Counted from the stretch's first letter, positions 19,068 to 29,664 are shown. The stretch: DNA of 64,000 nucleotides from Planctomycetota bacterium (GCA_031409275.1 JANNXA010000034.1:96001-160000), one strand, 5' to 3'. Notes: generated by a model from the sequence alone, not told the origin. Program-made: numbers and translations.

Positions 19068-22000
19068 CGGCGGTGTGCCGGCGGCTGTGGTGGGCAGCGG
19101 CCGGCCTCCTCCTCTTCGTCCTGGCCGCTCCGGCTCACGCGCAAGCGCAAGTCGGCTCCATCCGCGGCCTCGTCCTCGACAAGGACTTCGACGCGCCGCT
19201 GCCGGCCGCCGACGTCACCCTGCTCGAGCTGAACCAGAAGGTCGTCGCCAACGACCAGGGCGGCTTCCTCTTCGCGCAGGTGGCGCCAGGCCGCTACACG
19301 CTGGTGTTCGCGAAGGAGGGCTACGTCCGCCAGGTGAAGAGCGACGTCGTCGTCACCGCGGGCCAGCTCACCGACCTGCGCGTCGCGCTTCCCGGCGACT
19401 ACTCCGACATGGAGGAGTTCGTCGTCGAGGACGTGCTGCGATCGGCCGCCGGCACCGAGGCGGCGCTGCTCGAGCTGCGACTCGACAGTCCGGCGCTGCT
19501 CGATTCGATCAGCTCCGAGCTCATGAGTCGCGCCGGCGCCAGCGATGCGGCGGGAGCGTTGCGACTGGTCGCGGGCGCCTCGGTGGCGGACGGCAAGACC
19601 GCCGTCGTTCGCGGCCTGCCCGATCGCTACGTGAGCTCGCAGCTGAACGGCGTGCGCCTGCCGACGGCGGACGAGGACAAGCGAGCGGTCGAGCTCGACC
19701 AGTTCCCGAGCGCCGTCATCGAGAGCATCCAGGTCAGCAAGACCTTCACGCCCGATCAGCAGGGCGATGCGTCGGGCGGAGCGGTCGACGTGCGCCTGAA
19801 GGGCGTGCCCGACGAGTCGATCTTCCAGATCAAGACGCAGCTCGGCGGCAACTCGCAGGTCACCGGGATCAACGATTTCCTGTCGTATCCGGGCGGTGGC
19901 GTGAACACCTGGGGTCGCGAGGATGGCGATCGCGACATCCAGAGCGATCGCATCGGCAGCAGCTGGGAGGGAGCGGCCGGCACCTCGACCGAGCCAGCGC
20001 CCAACGACTACAAACTCTCGCTCGCGCTCGGCGGCAAGCACGACCTCACCGACGACTGGAAGATCGGCGGCTTCCTGAGCCTCTTCTACGAGCGCGACAG
20101 CTCCTACTTCGACGACGGCGTCGACAACTCCCTGTGGATCGAAAACCCGGGCGATCCGCTGACGCCCGAGACGATCCAGGGCACGCCACAGGACGGCGAC
20201 TTCAAGACCGCGCTCTACGACGTGACGCAAGGCAGCGAGATGGTCCAGTGGGGCGGCCTCGCGACGTTCGGCATCGAGTCGGAGCACCACGAGGTCGCGC
20301 TCTCCTGGCTGCGCACCCACACCGCCGAGGACACGGCGACGCTGGCCATCGACACGCGCGGCAAGGAGTACTACTTCCCCGGCTACGACCCAGCCGATCC
20401 GAGCGATCCCGGCAATGCTCCAAACAACCTGAACGCTGCGCCCTACCTGCGCCTCGAGACGCTCGAGTACACCGAGCGCACCACCGACTCGCTGCAGCTG
20501 CACGGTCGCCATGAGCTGCCGCTGTTCGACCGCGGCGGCGACGGCTCGATGAGGTTGCGTCCGCCCGAGCTCGACTGGACCCTCTCCGCGAATGCGGCCG
20601 ATCTCGACCAGCCCGACAAGCGCCAGTTCGGCGCGCTGTGGTTGCCGGAGTCGCTGAATCCCGGCGCGCCGCCGTTCATCCCGCCCTTCACGACGCCCGA
20701 GACGTGGTTCCAGTACAAGCCGTCGGCCAACTTCACGCTCGGCAACTTCCAGCGCATCTGGAAGACGATCGCCGAGGAGAGCACGCAGTACACGGTGAAC
20801 CTGAAGCTCCCGTTCGATCAGTGGACCGGCGATCGCGGCTACTTCAAGTTCGGGCTCTTCGACGACGCGGTCGATCGCGACTTCGACCAGGACACGTTCA
20901 GCAACTTCAACGACAACAGCAGCTTCAGCGGCGGCTTCGACGAGCCCTGGAGCGCGGAGTTCCCGGACGAAGTCCACCCGATCACCGCCTCCTCGTTCGA
21001 CGTCGACTACAAGGGTGATCAGGAGATCTCCGCCTGGTACGGGATGGTCGATGTCCCGCTGATCTCGGCGTTGCACCTGATCGGTGGCGCGCGCATCGAG
21101 TCGACCGATCTCGCGATCGTGAACGACGCCGAAGCGGACGCGACCTGGTTCCCGCCCGGCGCCATCGCGCCGGTGGTGCTCGGGCCGGGCGACGCCGATG
21201 TCGAGTTCAGCCAGCGCGACGTGCTGCCGTCGATCGGCCTGAACTGGGAGCCGCACGAGACGGTGACGCTGCGCGGCGCCTACAGCAAGACCGTCGCGCG
21301 CCAGACCTTCAAGGAGCTCACGCCGATCCTGCAGCAGGAGTTCCTCGGCGGCCCGATCTTCATCGGCAATCCCGAGCTCACGATGAGCGAGCTCGAGAAC
21401 TTCGACCTGCGCGCCGACTACCGACCGCTGGAGCAGAGCCTGCTCTCCGCGTCCTGGTTCCACAAGGACGTCAAGGACCCGATCGAGTACGTGCAGCGCG
21501 TGGTCGGGTTCACGTACACCACCGCAGTCAACTATCCGAAGGGCAAGCTCGATGGCTTCGAGCTCGAGGCGCGCCAGGGGCTTGGCGTCCTGTGGGATCC
21601 GCTGCAGGGTTTCGGGGTCGGCGGCAACGCGACCTTCATCGATTCCGAGGTGACGCTGCCGGCCAACGAGATCGCGGAGTTCAACCTCCCGAACATCCGC
21701 CAGCCGATGCGCAAGCGCGACATGACCAACGCGCCCGACCACCTCTTCAATCTCTACGCGACCTGGGACATCGAGGCGAGCCGGACGCAGCTCGCGCTCT
21801 TCTACACCGTGCAGGGCGACGCGCTGGTGGCCGGCGCGGGGCAGTCGAACGGCAACTTCGTGCCGAGCGTGTACGCCAAGGAATACGCGACGCTCAACTT
21901 CAACATCGCGCAGAAGCTCGGCGACCACTTGAAGCTGCAGCTGCAGCTGAACAACCTCACCAACTCGAAGATCAAAGAGGTCTATCGCGCCGACGGGATC

Positions 22001-22078
22001 GGCGGCGACGTCACCAAGACCTCGTATGCGAAGGGTGTCGACTACTCGATCGGGCTCAGCGCGGAGTTCCGCTTCTGA
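19061..22078 (+). CDS. TonB-dependent receptor with N-terminal carboxypeptidase-regulatory-like domain
   Basis: Signal peptide, GSIRGLVLD domain, plug (VVRGLPDRYVSSQLNG, LDQFPS..IESIQVSKTFTPD), GNPEL, NNLTNS, C-terminal aromatic beta-signal (AEFRF). Confidence 0.95.
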   Translation: MVAAVCRRLWWAAAGLLLFVLAAPAHAQAQVGSIRGLVLDKDFDAPLPAADVTLLELNQKVVANDQGGFLFAQVAPGRYTLVFAKEGYVRQVKSDVVVTAGQLTDLRVALPGDYSDMEEFVVEDVLRSAAGTEAALLELRLDSPALLDSISSELMSRAGASDAAGALRLVAGASVADGKTAVVRGLPDRYVSSQLNGVRLPTADEDKRAVELDQFPSAVIESIQVSKTFTPDQQGDASGGAVDVRLKGVPDESIFQIKTQLGGNSQVTGINDFLSYPGGGVNTWGREDGDRDIQSDRIGSSWEGAAGTSTEPAPNDYKLSLALGGKHDLTDDWKIGGFLSLFYERDSSYFDDGVDNSLWIENPGDPLTPETIQGTPQDGDFKTALYDVTQGSEMVQWGGLATFGIESEHHEVALSWLRTHTAEDTATLAIDTRGKEYYFPGYDPADPSDPGNAPNNLNAAPYLRLETLEYTERTTDSLQLHGRHELPLFDRGGDGSMRLRPPELDWTLSANAADLDQPDKRQFGALWLPESLNPGAPPFIPPFTTPETWFQYKPSANFTLGNFQRIWKTIAEESTQYTVNLKLPFDQWTGDRGYFKFGLFDDAVDRDFDQDTFSNFNDNSSFSGGFDEPWSAEFPDEVHPITASSFDVDYKGDQEISAWYGMVDVPLISALHLIGGARIESTDLAIVNDAEADATWFPPGAIAPVVLGPGDADVEFSQRDVLPSIGLNWEPHETVTLRGAYSKTVARQTFKELTPILQQEFLGGPIFIGNPELTMSELENFDLRADYRPLEQSLLSASWFHKDVKDPIEYVQRVVGFTYTTAVNYPKGKLDGFELEARQGLGVLWDPLQGFGVGGNATFIDSEVTLPANEIAEFNLPNIRQPMRKRDMTNAPDHLFNLYATWDIEASRTQLALFYTVQGDALVAGAGQSNGNFVPSVYAKEYATLNFNIAQKLGDHLKLQLQLNNLTNSKIKEVYRADGIGGDVTKTSYAKGVDYSIGLSAEFRF

Positions 22079-22103
22079 GCCGCAGTCGGCGCGTGGACCT
22101 CCC

Positions 22104-22934
22104 ATGGACATGGAAACGATGAAGCAGGATCACGGGAACGAATCGACCGGAAAGCGCCGCCGCGCGCTGCTTGGCCGCGGCGTGCTCACCGCGGCAGTCG
22201 GCGTGTTCTGCGCCGCGACGATGCTGGCGCGATCGGACGAGAGCGGCGTCGACACGGCGCGCGACGCGATCGCGAAGTGGGTCGAGACGCGCCGCATCCT
22301 GTCGCAGGAACGGCGCGACTGGGAGCTCGGCCGCGAGCTCCTGGACGATCGCATCGCGCTGGTGCAGCGCGAGATCGAGGCGCTGCAGGGCCGCATCGCC
22401 GACGCGCAGAAGAACGTCGGCGAAGCCGATCGCAAGCGCCTCGAGCTGCTGGCCGACAACGATCGTTTGAAGGCGGCGTCGAGCGCGCTGCTCGGCACGG
22501 TCGCCAGGCTTGAAGGTCGCACCAAGTCGCTGCTCGCCCGCCTGCCTGATCCGATCCGCGAGCGCGTCAAGCCGTTGAGCCAGCGCTTCCCCGACGATCC
22601 GGCGCAGACCAAGCTCTCGCTGGCCGAACGTTTCCAGAACGTGGTCGGCGTGCTGAACGAGGTCGACAAGTTCCACCACGAGATCACCATGACCAGCGAA
22701 GTGCGCCAGCTTCGCGACGGCACCGCGGCCGAGGTGACCGTGCTTTACGTCGGGATCAGCCAGGCCTACTACGCCAGCGCCAACGGCAAGGCCGCCGGTG
22801 TTGGCAGCGCTGGCAAGGAGGGCTGGCAGTGGACGCCGGCGGATGACGCTGCGCCCGAGATTCGCAAGGCGATCGCGATCCTGCGCAACGAAGCGGTCGC
22901 CGACTTCGTGCACCTGCCGATCCGGATCGATTGA
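22104..22934 (+). CDS. DUF3450-family coiled-coil TonB-system accessory protein (TtpB-like)
   Basis: TM/signal, long coiled coil, LAERFQNV, VTVLYVGISQAYY, W..AIAIL...FVHLP; located directly before the large ExbB. Confidence 0.8.
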   Translation: MDMETMKQDHGNESTGKRRRALLGRGVLTAAVGVFCAATMLARSDESGVDTARDAIAKWVETRRILSQERRDWELGRELLDDRIALVQREIEALQGRIADAQKNVGEADRKRLELLADNDRLKAASSALLGTVARLEGRTKSLLARLPDPIRERVKPLSQRFPDDPAQTKLSLAERFQNVVGVLNEVDKFHHEITMTSEVRQLRDGTAAEVTVLYVGISQAYYASANGKAAGVGSAGKEGWQWTPADDAAPEIRKAIAILRNEAVADFVHLPIRID

Positions 22935-22948
22935 GAGGAACTGAACTC

Positions 22949-24397
22949 ATGCAACTTCCCGCGACCGTTCGGTCCGTCCTGTTCCTCTCGTTGTCGAGCG
23001 TTGCGGCCGCGCCACGCGCAATGGCCCAGGAGACGCCGCCCGCCGCGCCCGCGTTCGCGGACGCCGCCGCGTCCGTGCAACGCCAGCTCGCCGAAAGCGT
23101 TGCCGAGCTCGACACGCTTCGCGCGCAGATCGCGGGCGAGCAGATCCCGCTCAGTCGAGAGCTGCGCGACCTCGAAGCGAGCCTCGTGCAGCAACGCTCC
23201 GCCTATCAGGACGTGGCCAAGGTCCTCGACGGGCGCACGCTCGACCTCGCCAACCTGCGCACCGAGATCCAGGCGCGCCAAGGCGAGTCGAGCTACCTCT
23301 CGAACCTGCTCGGTGAGTACATCAACAACTTCGAGTCGCGTCTCCACATCGCCGAGCTGCAGCGCTACGCCAACGAGATGAAGGCCGCGAAGCTCGCGCC
23401 GGAGAACAGCAACCTCTCCGCCGAGCAGGTCTACGCCGCGCAGGCGGGGCTGCTCGAGCTGTCGCTCGACCGCCTCGAAGAGGCTCTCGGCGGCAGTCGC
23501 TTCGAAGGGACGGCAGTCGATCCGGGCGGCGTCGTGAAGCGGGGCACGTTCGTGCTGCTCGGGCCCGCGGCCCTCTTCGCCTCGGACGACGGCAAGGAGG
23601 TCGGCACCGCCGAGCAACGCCTCGGCTCGCTCGAAGCGTCGGTGCTTCCGTTCACGAAGCCGGAGGACCTGCAGGCCGCGAGCCGGGTCGTCGGGACGTC
23701 GAGCGGACGCTTCCCGCTCGACCCGTCGGGCGGCAACGCGCACAAGATCGCGGCGACGCAGGAGTCGCTGATCGAGCACATCAAGCTCGGCGGCCCGGTC
23801 ATGGTGCCGATCTTCGTGGTCGGCTTCGCGGCGCTGTTCGTGGTGCTCGCCAAGTGGCTGTCGATGGCGTTCCTGCGCAAGCCGTCGGCCAGCCGCATGA
23901 GCGCGCTGCTCGCCGCCGTCGCGCGTCGCGACCAGCCGGGCGCGAAGCTCGAGGCGCAAGCGGTCGGCGGTCCCAGCGGGGCGATGCTGGCGGTCGGCGT
24001 CGCCCATCTCGACCAGCCTCGCGAGCTGATCGAGGAGGTGATGTACGAACAGGTCCTCGCCACGAAGCTCAAGCTGCAACGCTTCCTGCCCTTCGTCGCG
24101 CTCTCGGCTTCGGCGGCGCCGCTTCTCGGGCTGCTCGGCACCGTGACCGGCATCATGAACACGTTCAAGCTGATCACCGTGTTCGGCACCGGCGACGTGA
24201 AGACGCTGTCGAGCGGAATCTCCGAAGCGCTCATCACCACCGAGTACGGCCTGATCGTGGCGATCCCATCGCTGTTGCTGCACGCGCTGCTGACTCGCAA
24301 GGCGCGCGGCATCGTCGACGACATGGAGCGCAGCGCGATCGCGCTGATGAACGAGTACGGCAAGAGTGCGTCCTCCAACGTCGGGACCGCGGCGTAG
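22949..24397 (+). CDS. Large MotA/TolQ/ExbB proton-channel protein (TtpC-like)
   Basis: Signal peptide and periplasmic coiled coil, PLDPSGG, GGPVMVPI, APLLGLLGTVTGIMNTF, GISEALITTEYGL. Confidence 0.88.
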   Translation: MQLPATVRSVLFLSLSSVAAAPRAMAQETPPAAPAFADAAASVQRQLAESVAELDTLRAQIAGEQIPLSRELRDLEASLVQQRSAYQDVAKVLDGRTLDLANLRTEIQARQGESSYLSNLLGEYINNFESRLHIAELQRYANEMKAAKLAPENSNLSAEQVYAAQAGLLELSLDRLEEALGGSRFEGTAVDPGGVVKRGTFVLLGPAALFASDDGKEVGTAEQRLGSLEASVLPFTKPEDLQAASRVVGTSSGRFPLDPSGGNAHKIAATQESLIEHIKLGGPVMVPIFVVGFAALFVVLAKWLSMAFLRKPSASRMSALLAAVARRDQPGAKLEAQAVGGPSGAMLAVGVAHLDQPRELIEEVMYEQVLATKLKLQRFLPFVALSASAAPLLGLLGTVTGIMNTFKLITVFGTGDVKTLSSGISEALITTEYGLIVAIPSLLLHALLTRKARGIVDDMERSAIALMNEYGKSASSNVGTAA

Positions 24398-24413
24398 GCC
24401 GCGTTGCGAAACG

Positions 24414-25100
24414 ATGCCGACCATGGACACGATGCTCGTGCAGCTGCGCTCGCTCTGGGAGCGTGCGGTCACCATCTGGGTCGCGGGTGGCTGGGGCATG
24501 GCCGCCATCGCGTTCGACGCGCTGGTGCTCTTCGCGATCGGGATGCATGTGCACCTCGGCCTGCGCGCGAAGGGCTTCCACGCCGTGCACGAACGCACCT
24601 GGCGCCACTGGATCGACCATCCGCGCGAGCGGCATGGTCCGATCGGAGCGCTGCTCGACTTCGTTGGCGGCGCGCGCTCGCTCGCCGAAGCGGGCCAGGC
24701 CTTCTCTGGACTGCGCGCCACCGAACTCGCCTCGTTCGACCGCGACCTGCGCGTGATGCGAGTCTGCGTCACGCTCGCGCCGTTGCTCGGGCTGTTCGGC
24801 ACCGTGACCGGGATGCTCGCCACGTTCGGCGCGCTGGCGTCGGGATCGGGCGGCGAGAAGACCATGGGGATGATCGCGAAGGGGATCTCGGAGGCGCTGA
24901 TCACCACCGAGACCGGCCTCGTGATCGCGCTCCCGGGCCTCTTCCTGACCTACCAATTGTCGCGTCGACGTGACAGCTACAAGACCTTCCTCACCCATCT
25001 CGAGACGGTCTTCACCCAACAGCTTCACGCCGCGATGAAGCGGACGCGCGTGGCCGCGAGCGCCGCGGCGGCCGTGTTTCCCTCGACCTCTCCCTTCTGA
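24414..25100 (+). CDS. exbB: MotA/TolQ/ExbB proton channel protein
   Basis: APLLGLFGTVTGMLATF, GISEALITTETGLVIALP. Confidence 0.88.
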   Translation: MPTMDTMLVQLRSLWERAVTIWVAGGWGMAAIAFDALVLFAIGMHVHLGLRAKGFHAVHERTWRHWIDHPRERHGPIGALLDFVGGARSLAEAGQAFSGLRATELASFDRDLRVMRVCVTLAPLLGLFGTVTGMLATFGALASGSGGEKTMGMIAKGISEALITTETGLVIALPGLFLTYQLSRRRDSYKTFLTHLETVFTQQLHAAMKRTRVAASAAAAVFPSTSPF

Positions 25101-25115
25101 GCTGCGAGCCACTTC

Positions 25116-25529
25116 ATGGGACGTTTCCGCGATTCTGGATCGGATGAGGGCGGCGAAGGCGGCATCGACCTTTCGCCGATGATCGACTGCGTCTTCATCC
25201 TGCTGATCTTCTTCATCGTGACGACGACCTTCGTCGAGGAGACCGGCGTCGAGGTCGACAAGCCGCAGGCCGCGTCGGCCGTGCGGCTCGAGAAGACCAG
25301 CATCCTGATCGCGCTCACCGCCAAGGGCGAGGTGGTCTACGGCGGTCGCGACATCGGCATCGGCGGCGTGCAGCCGTTGGTGAAGCGGCTGCTGCAGAAG
25401 GAAGAGCTGCCGGTGATCGTGCAGGCCGACGCGGCGGCGGCGTCGGGGATGCTGGTCCGCATCATCGATCAGGCGAAGCTCGCCGGCGCGGCGAAGGTCA
25501 GCATCGCGGCCGCGGCGCCCCGGAGCTGA
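25116..25529 (+). CDS. exbD: Biopolymer transporter ExbD
   Basis: [29 protein letters not shown]. Confidence 0.93.
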   Translation: MGRFRDSGSDEGGEGGIDLSPMIDCVFILLIFFIVTTTFVEETGVEVDKPQAASAVRLEKTSILIALTAKGEVVYGGRDIGIGGVQPLVKRLLQKEELPVIVQADAAAASGMLVRIIDQAKLAGAAKVSIAAAAPRS

Positions 25530-25534
25530 CGGCG

Positions 25535-26227
25535 ATGGTCACGGAACCGCGAAGCTCTGCCGCCAGCCGCCTCCTGCGCAGCGTCGGCGTTTCGGCTGGA
25601 GCGCTGGCCGCGGCGGTCGGATTGTTCCTGCTGCTGCCGGTGCTGCAGGCCATCAGCGAGACGCCGCCGCACGACTTGATGGTGATGGAGGTCGACACCG
25701 CGAACGTGCCGCCGCCACCACCGCCGCCGCTCGAGGAGGAGCCGCCGCCCGAAGAGAGCGAGCCGGAGCCGGCGCCGCCCGACTTGACCGCGGATGCCGC
25801 GCCGCTCGATCTCTCGCAGCTCGAACTCGCCCTCGATCCAGGACTCGGCGCCGGCGCGATGGAGGGTGACTTCGCCGTCAAGCTGCAGGGGGTCACGAGT
25901 GCCGCGAAGGTCACCGGCGACGGCGACGAGGTCGACGCCCTCTTCTCGCTCTCCGATCTCGACCAGAAGCCGCGCGTCATCTACCAGCCGAGCCCGACGT
26001 TGACCGCGGAAGTGCGCAAGAAGGCGCCTGGCACGGTCTACGTGCTGTTCGTCGTCGACGCGTCGGGCAAGGTGCAGGACCCCGTCGTGCAGAGTTCGAC
26101 CGACCCCGTCTTCGAGCCGTCGGCGCTCGCCGCCGTGAAGCAATGGAAGTTCGAGCCAGGGAAGCGCAGCGGCCAGGCCGTGCGCTTCCGCATGCGCGTG
26201 CCGATCTCGTTCCCGAAAGGAGGCTGA
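25535..26227 (+). CDS. tonB: Energy transducer TonB
   Basis: TM anchor, poly-Pro/Glu linker, TonB_C domain (GTVYVLFVVDASGKV, ALAAVKQWKFEPG). Confidence 0.9.
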   Translation: MVTEPRSSAASRLLRSVGVSAGALAAAVGLFLLLPVLQAISETPPHDLMVMEVDTANVPPPPPPPLEEEPPPEESEPEPAPPDLTADAAPLDLSQLELALDPGLGAGAMEGDFAVKLQGVTSAAKVTGDGDEVDALFSLSDLDQKPRVIYQPSPTLTAEVRKKAPGTVYVLFVVDASGKVQDPVVQSSTDPVFEPSALAAVKQWKFEPGKRSGQAVRFRMRVPISFPKGG

Positions 26228-26229
26228 CC

Positions 26230-27609
26230 TTGTTCCTCTCCCGTGCTTTCCTCGCGCTGCTGTTGGCGGCGCCGTTCGTCTCCTCGCTGGCGGCGCCGGC
26301 GCCGGTGCGCGCGCGTGCGGACGAGCTTGCGCTCTGGAACGATCCGGGGTTCCAGCGCCGCTTCGCCGAGAGCTACCTCGCCGAGAGCGACGTCGAGCCG
26401 AAAGTCACCTCCCACGAGCGCGACGCGCTGCAGAAGGTGCTCGAGCTGATCGCCGCGGACAAGCCGGCCGACGCGATCACGCTGATCGAGAAACAGCGCG
26501 GGCCGGCCGCCAGCGCTGTGCTCGACTTCATGCTGGCCAACCTGCACTTCCAGAAGGACCGGCTCGATCCGGCCGCGGCCGCCTACAAGATCGCCGTCGA
26601 GAAGTACCCGAAGTTCCGGCGCGCCTGGAAGAACCTCGGCCTGATCGAAGTGCGCCAGGAGCGGTTCGCCGACGCCATGCGCTCGTTCACGCGCGTGATC
26701 GAACTCGGCGGCGGCGATGCGATCACCTACGGACTGCTCGGCTTCTCCTGCTCCAATGTCGAGCAGCACCTCGCGGCCGAGTCGGCCTACCGGATGGCCG
26801 CGCTGCTCGATCCGGAGGCGCTCGACTGGCAGATGGGGCTGGCGCGCAGCTTCTTCAAGCAGAAGCGCTACGCCGACGCCGCGTCGCTATGCGGCAACCT
26901 GATCGAGCGCCATCCCGAGCGCGCCGATCTGTGGCTGCTGCAGGCGAACGCGTGGATCGGGTTGCAGCAGCCACTGCGTGCTGCGGAGAACTACGAGATC
27001 GTCGAGCGGCTGGGCCGTTCCACCGCCGAGAGCCTGCACATGCTGGGCGACATCTACCTGAACGAGGGGATGTACGACCTCGCCACCGATGCCTACGTGA
27101 ATGCGCTCGACCGGGCGCCGACCGCCAGCGCGGCGCGACCGCTGCGCGCCGCGAAGGTGCTGACGGGACGCGGGGCGCTGGCGCAGACACGCCGCCTCGT
27201 CACCAGCATCGTCGCCGTGAAGGGGGAGACGCTCTCCGTCGACGAGAAGAAGGCGCTGCTCAAGCTGCGCGCGCGCCTCGCCGTGGCCGAAGGCGCCGGC
27301 GAGGAGGAGGTGCGGGTGCTCGAGGAGATCGTCGCGCTCGATCCGCTCGATGGCGACGCGCTGCTCTTGCTGGGCCAACACCGTCAGCGCGCCGGCGATG
27401 CGGAACGCGCCGTCTTCTTCTACGAGCGGGCGGCGAGCCTGCCGGCGTTCGAGGCCGATGCCAAGGTGCGCCACGCCCAGCTGCTGGTCGGGCAGGGTCG
27501 CTACTCCGAGGCGCTGCCGTTGCTGCGAAGGGCGCTGGTCGTCAAGCCGCGCGATGCGGTGCAGGACTACCTCGAGCAGGTCGAGCGCGCGGCGCAGACT
27601 CGCGGCTGA
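26230..27609 (+). CDS. Exported tetratricopeptide-repeat protein (TtpD-like position)
   Basis: TTG start 2 nt after the tonB stop; signal peptide; multiple TPR motifs (RAWKNLGL, ADLWLLQA, DALLLLGQ). Confidence 0.85.
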   Translation: MFLSRAFLALLLAAPFVSSLAAPAPVRARADELALWNDPGFQRRFAESYLAESDVEPKVTSHERDALQKVLELIAADKPADAITLIEKQRGPAASAVLDFMLANLHFQKDRLDPAAAAYKIAVEKYPKFRRAWKNLGLIEVRQERFADAMRSFTRVIELGGGDAITYGLLGFSCSNVEQHLAAESAYRMAALLDPEALDWQMGLARSFFKQKRYADAASLCGNLIERHPERADLWLLQANAWIGLQQPLRAAENYEIVERLGRSTAESLHMLGDIYLNEGMYDLATDAYVNALDRAPTASAARPLRAAKVLTGRGALAQTRRLVTSIVAVKGETLSVDEKKALLKLRARLAVAEGAGEEEVRVLEEIVALDPLDGDALLLLGQHRQRAGDAERAVFFYERAASLPAFEADAKVRHAQLLVGQGRYSEALPLLRRALVVKPRDAVQDYLEQVERAAQTRG

Positions 27610-27624
27610 CACGCCGCCGCTCGC

Positions 27625-28404
27625 TCAGGGCGTCGCGTCGTCCTCGTCGTCGTCGCTGTCGGGAGGCAGCTCGGCCTTGAGTTCGCGCAGCGCGTTCTTG
27701 GCGGCGCGCTGCTCGGCCTTCTTCTTGTTGGCGCCGAACGCCGGCGGGAACGAGCGGCCGTTCAGCACGGTGCGCACTTCGAAGGTGCGTTCGTGGTCGG
27801 GGCCGGCGGTCGTCATCAGTTCGTAGGTGGGTGTGCCGAGTCCAAGCTGCTGGGTGTGGAGCTGCAGCAGCGATTTGTGGTTGGTGGCGGCGCGCTTGAT
27901 CGAGCTGCGACGGATCAGGTCGCCAAGCTGCACCACGACGAACTCGCGCGCCTTGTCGATCCCGGCGTCGACGTAGAGCGCGCCGATCAGCGCTTCGGTC
28001 GCATTCGACGCCACGGAGCGCGGGATGGGGCCCTGCTGCAGCATTCCCTTGGCCATCAGCAGGTGGTCGACGATGTGCAGCCGTTTGCCGAGGTGGGCGA
28101 GCGCGGCGCGACTCACCACCGACGACTTGACGCGCGTCAGCTCCCCTTCGTCGGCGTCGGGGAAGAGGTGGTAGAGGTGCTCGGCGATCAGCAGGCCGAG
28201 CACCGCGTCGCCGAGGAACTCGAGCCGCTCGTAGCTCACCTTCGTCATGTCGATCATCGACGGATGGGTGAGCGCCGTGATCAGCAGCTGCGGATTGGCG
28301 AAGACGTGACCGATCGCCTTTTCCATGGCGGCGAGCGCCGCTGCGGGCAGAGCATCGGCGAACTCGTGCTCGCGGCCGCTGCTCTCGTCACGGATCTTCG
28401 CCAT
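27625..28404 (-). CDS. rnc: Ribonuclease III
   Basis: ALTHPS, YERLEFLGDAVLGL signature, EALIGALYVDAG, C-terminal dsRBD (KSLLQ..GPDHERTF..KKKAEQRAA); start taken at ATG 28404. Confidence 0.96.
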   Translation of the reverse strand: MAKIRDESSGREHEFADALPAAALAAMEKAIGHVFANPQLLITALTHPSMIDMTKVSYERLEFLGDAVLGLLIAEHLYHLFPDADEGELTRVKSSVVSRAALAHLGKRLHIVDHLLMAKGMLQQGPIPRSVASNATEALIGALYVDAGIDKAREFVVVQLGDLIRRSSIKRAATNHKSLLQLHTQQLGLGTPTYELMTTAGPDHERTFEVRTVLNGRSFPPAFGANKKKAEQRAAKNALRELKAELPPDSDDDEDDATP

Positions 28405-28530
28405 GGGGGCGGGCGTTCTAGGTGCACGGGCGGTTGGCGGCAAGGACGCGAATCGACGCCCGGGGCTAGAACTTCTCAACGGCCGGGTCGTACGGCGGGG
28501 TCCCGCCACACGTCGCCCTGAGGAGTCGCC

Positions 28531-29664
28531 ATGCGCGAAACCATGATCGACCGAAGGTTGCTGCTGAGCTGGCTGATGCTGTGGCCCATCTCCACGACAC
28601 CGGCCGTTCTCGCCATCGCAGCGCCGTTGCTGCCCGCGCAGGCGGAGTCGCGATCGGCGGCGCAGGTCGACGCGCGCGCGCTCGAGACGCTGCGTTTGCG
28701 CACGCTGCAGGCGAAGTCGGACGCGTTGTGGGTGCAGGTCGATGGCGAGTTCGTCACGCAGGAGTACTTCAACACTCCGCGCGGGCCGATCGAGCTGATG
28801 TCGTGCAACAAGTCGGTGGTGAATCTGCTGGTCGGGATGCTGATCGATGACGGGACGATCGCATCGGTCGACGCGCCCGTCACCACCTGGTTCCCCGAAT
28901 TCGTCGAGGCGCTCGAGCGGGCGGGCGGCGTGAAGCTCGACGAGACGGCGCGCGCGCAGCGGGCCGGTGTCACGCTGCTCCACCTGTTGACTCACACTTC
29001 CGGTCTCGCCGCGGATGCAACCACCGAGAAGATCTACGCCAGCCCCGACTTCGTGAAGTTCGCAGTCGAGAGTCCGCTGAAGACGGCGCCCGGGACGGCG
29101 TTCTTCTACAACAACGTCGCCTGCAACCTCCTCTGCGGCGTCATCGAGAAGGCGAGCGGCCAGAAGGCGGATGACTTCGCGCGCGAGCGCCTCTTCGACC
29201 CGCTCGGCATCACCGAGTTCGAATGGACGCATGACGCCGCCGGCAATCCTCATGGCATGGCCGGCTGTCAGCTCCACGCGGAGGACCTCGCGCGCATCGG
29301 GCAGCTCGTGCTCCAGCGCGGGATGTGGGAGGGCGAGCGGCTGATCAGCGGGGCGTGGCTCGACGCGTCGATGCGCCCCGCCTTCCCGCAGCTCGGCGGT
29401 GGCGCGGAGATCTGCGGTCGCCTCTGGTGGCTCGACCTTGCGCCCGCGAAGCCGATCGACGACGGCACCGCCGCTGCGCCGCCCGCCGTCCGCGCGATCC
29501 GCGCCGACGGTTTCCTCGGCAACTACCTCGTGATCGTCCCGTCGACCGGTCTCGTCGCCGTTCGCCAGCGCCGCTACCCGACCAACGGAGCCGAGGTGAA
29601 CGACCGGAAATTCAACTTCCCCGACTTCATCAACCTCGTGCAGAAGCTCGTGCCGGCGAAGTGA
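28531..29664 (+). CDS. Serine hydrolase, beta-lactamase class C-like
   Basis: SxxK (SCNKS), LLTHTSGL, YxN (FYNN), LFDPLGI, DLARIG, signal peptide. Confidence 0.9.
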   Translation: MRETMIDRRLLLSWLMLWPISTTPAVLAIAAPLLPAQAESRSAAQVDARALETLRLRTLQAKSDALWVQVDGEFVTQEYFNTPRGPIELMSCNKSVVNLLVGMLIDDGTIASVDAPVTTWFPEFVEALERAGGVKLDETARAQRAGVTLLHLLTHTSGLAADATTEKIYASPDFVKFAVESPLKTAPGTAFFYNNVACNLLCGVIEKASGQKADDFARERLFDPLGITEFEWTHDAAGNPHGMAGCQLHAEDLARIGQLVLQRGMWEGERLISGAWLDASMRPAFPQLGGGAEICGRLWWLDLAPAKPIDDGTAAAPPAVRAIRADGFLGNYLVIVPSTGLVAVRQRRYPTNGAEVNDRKFNFPDFINLVQKLVPAK

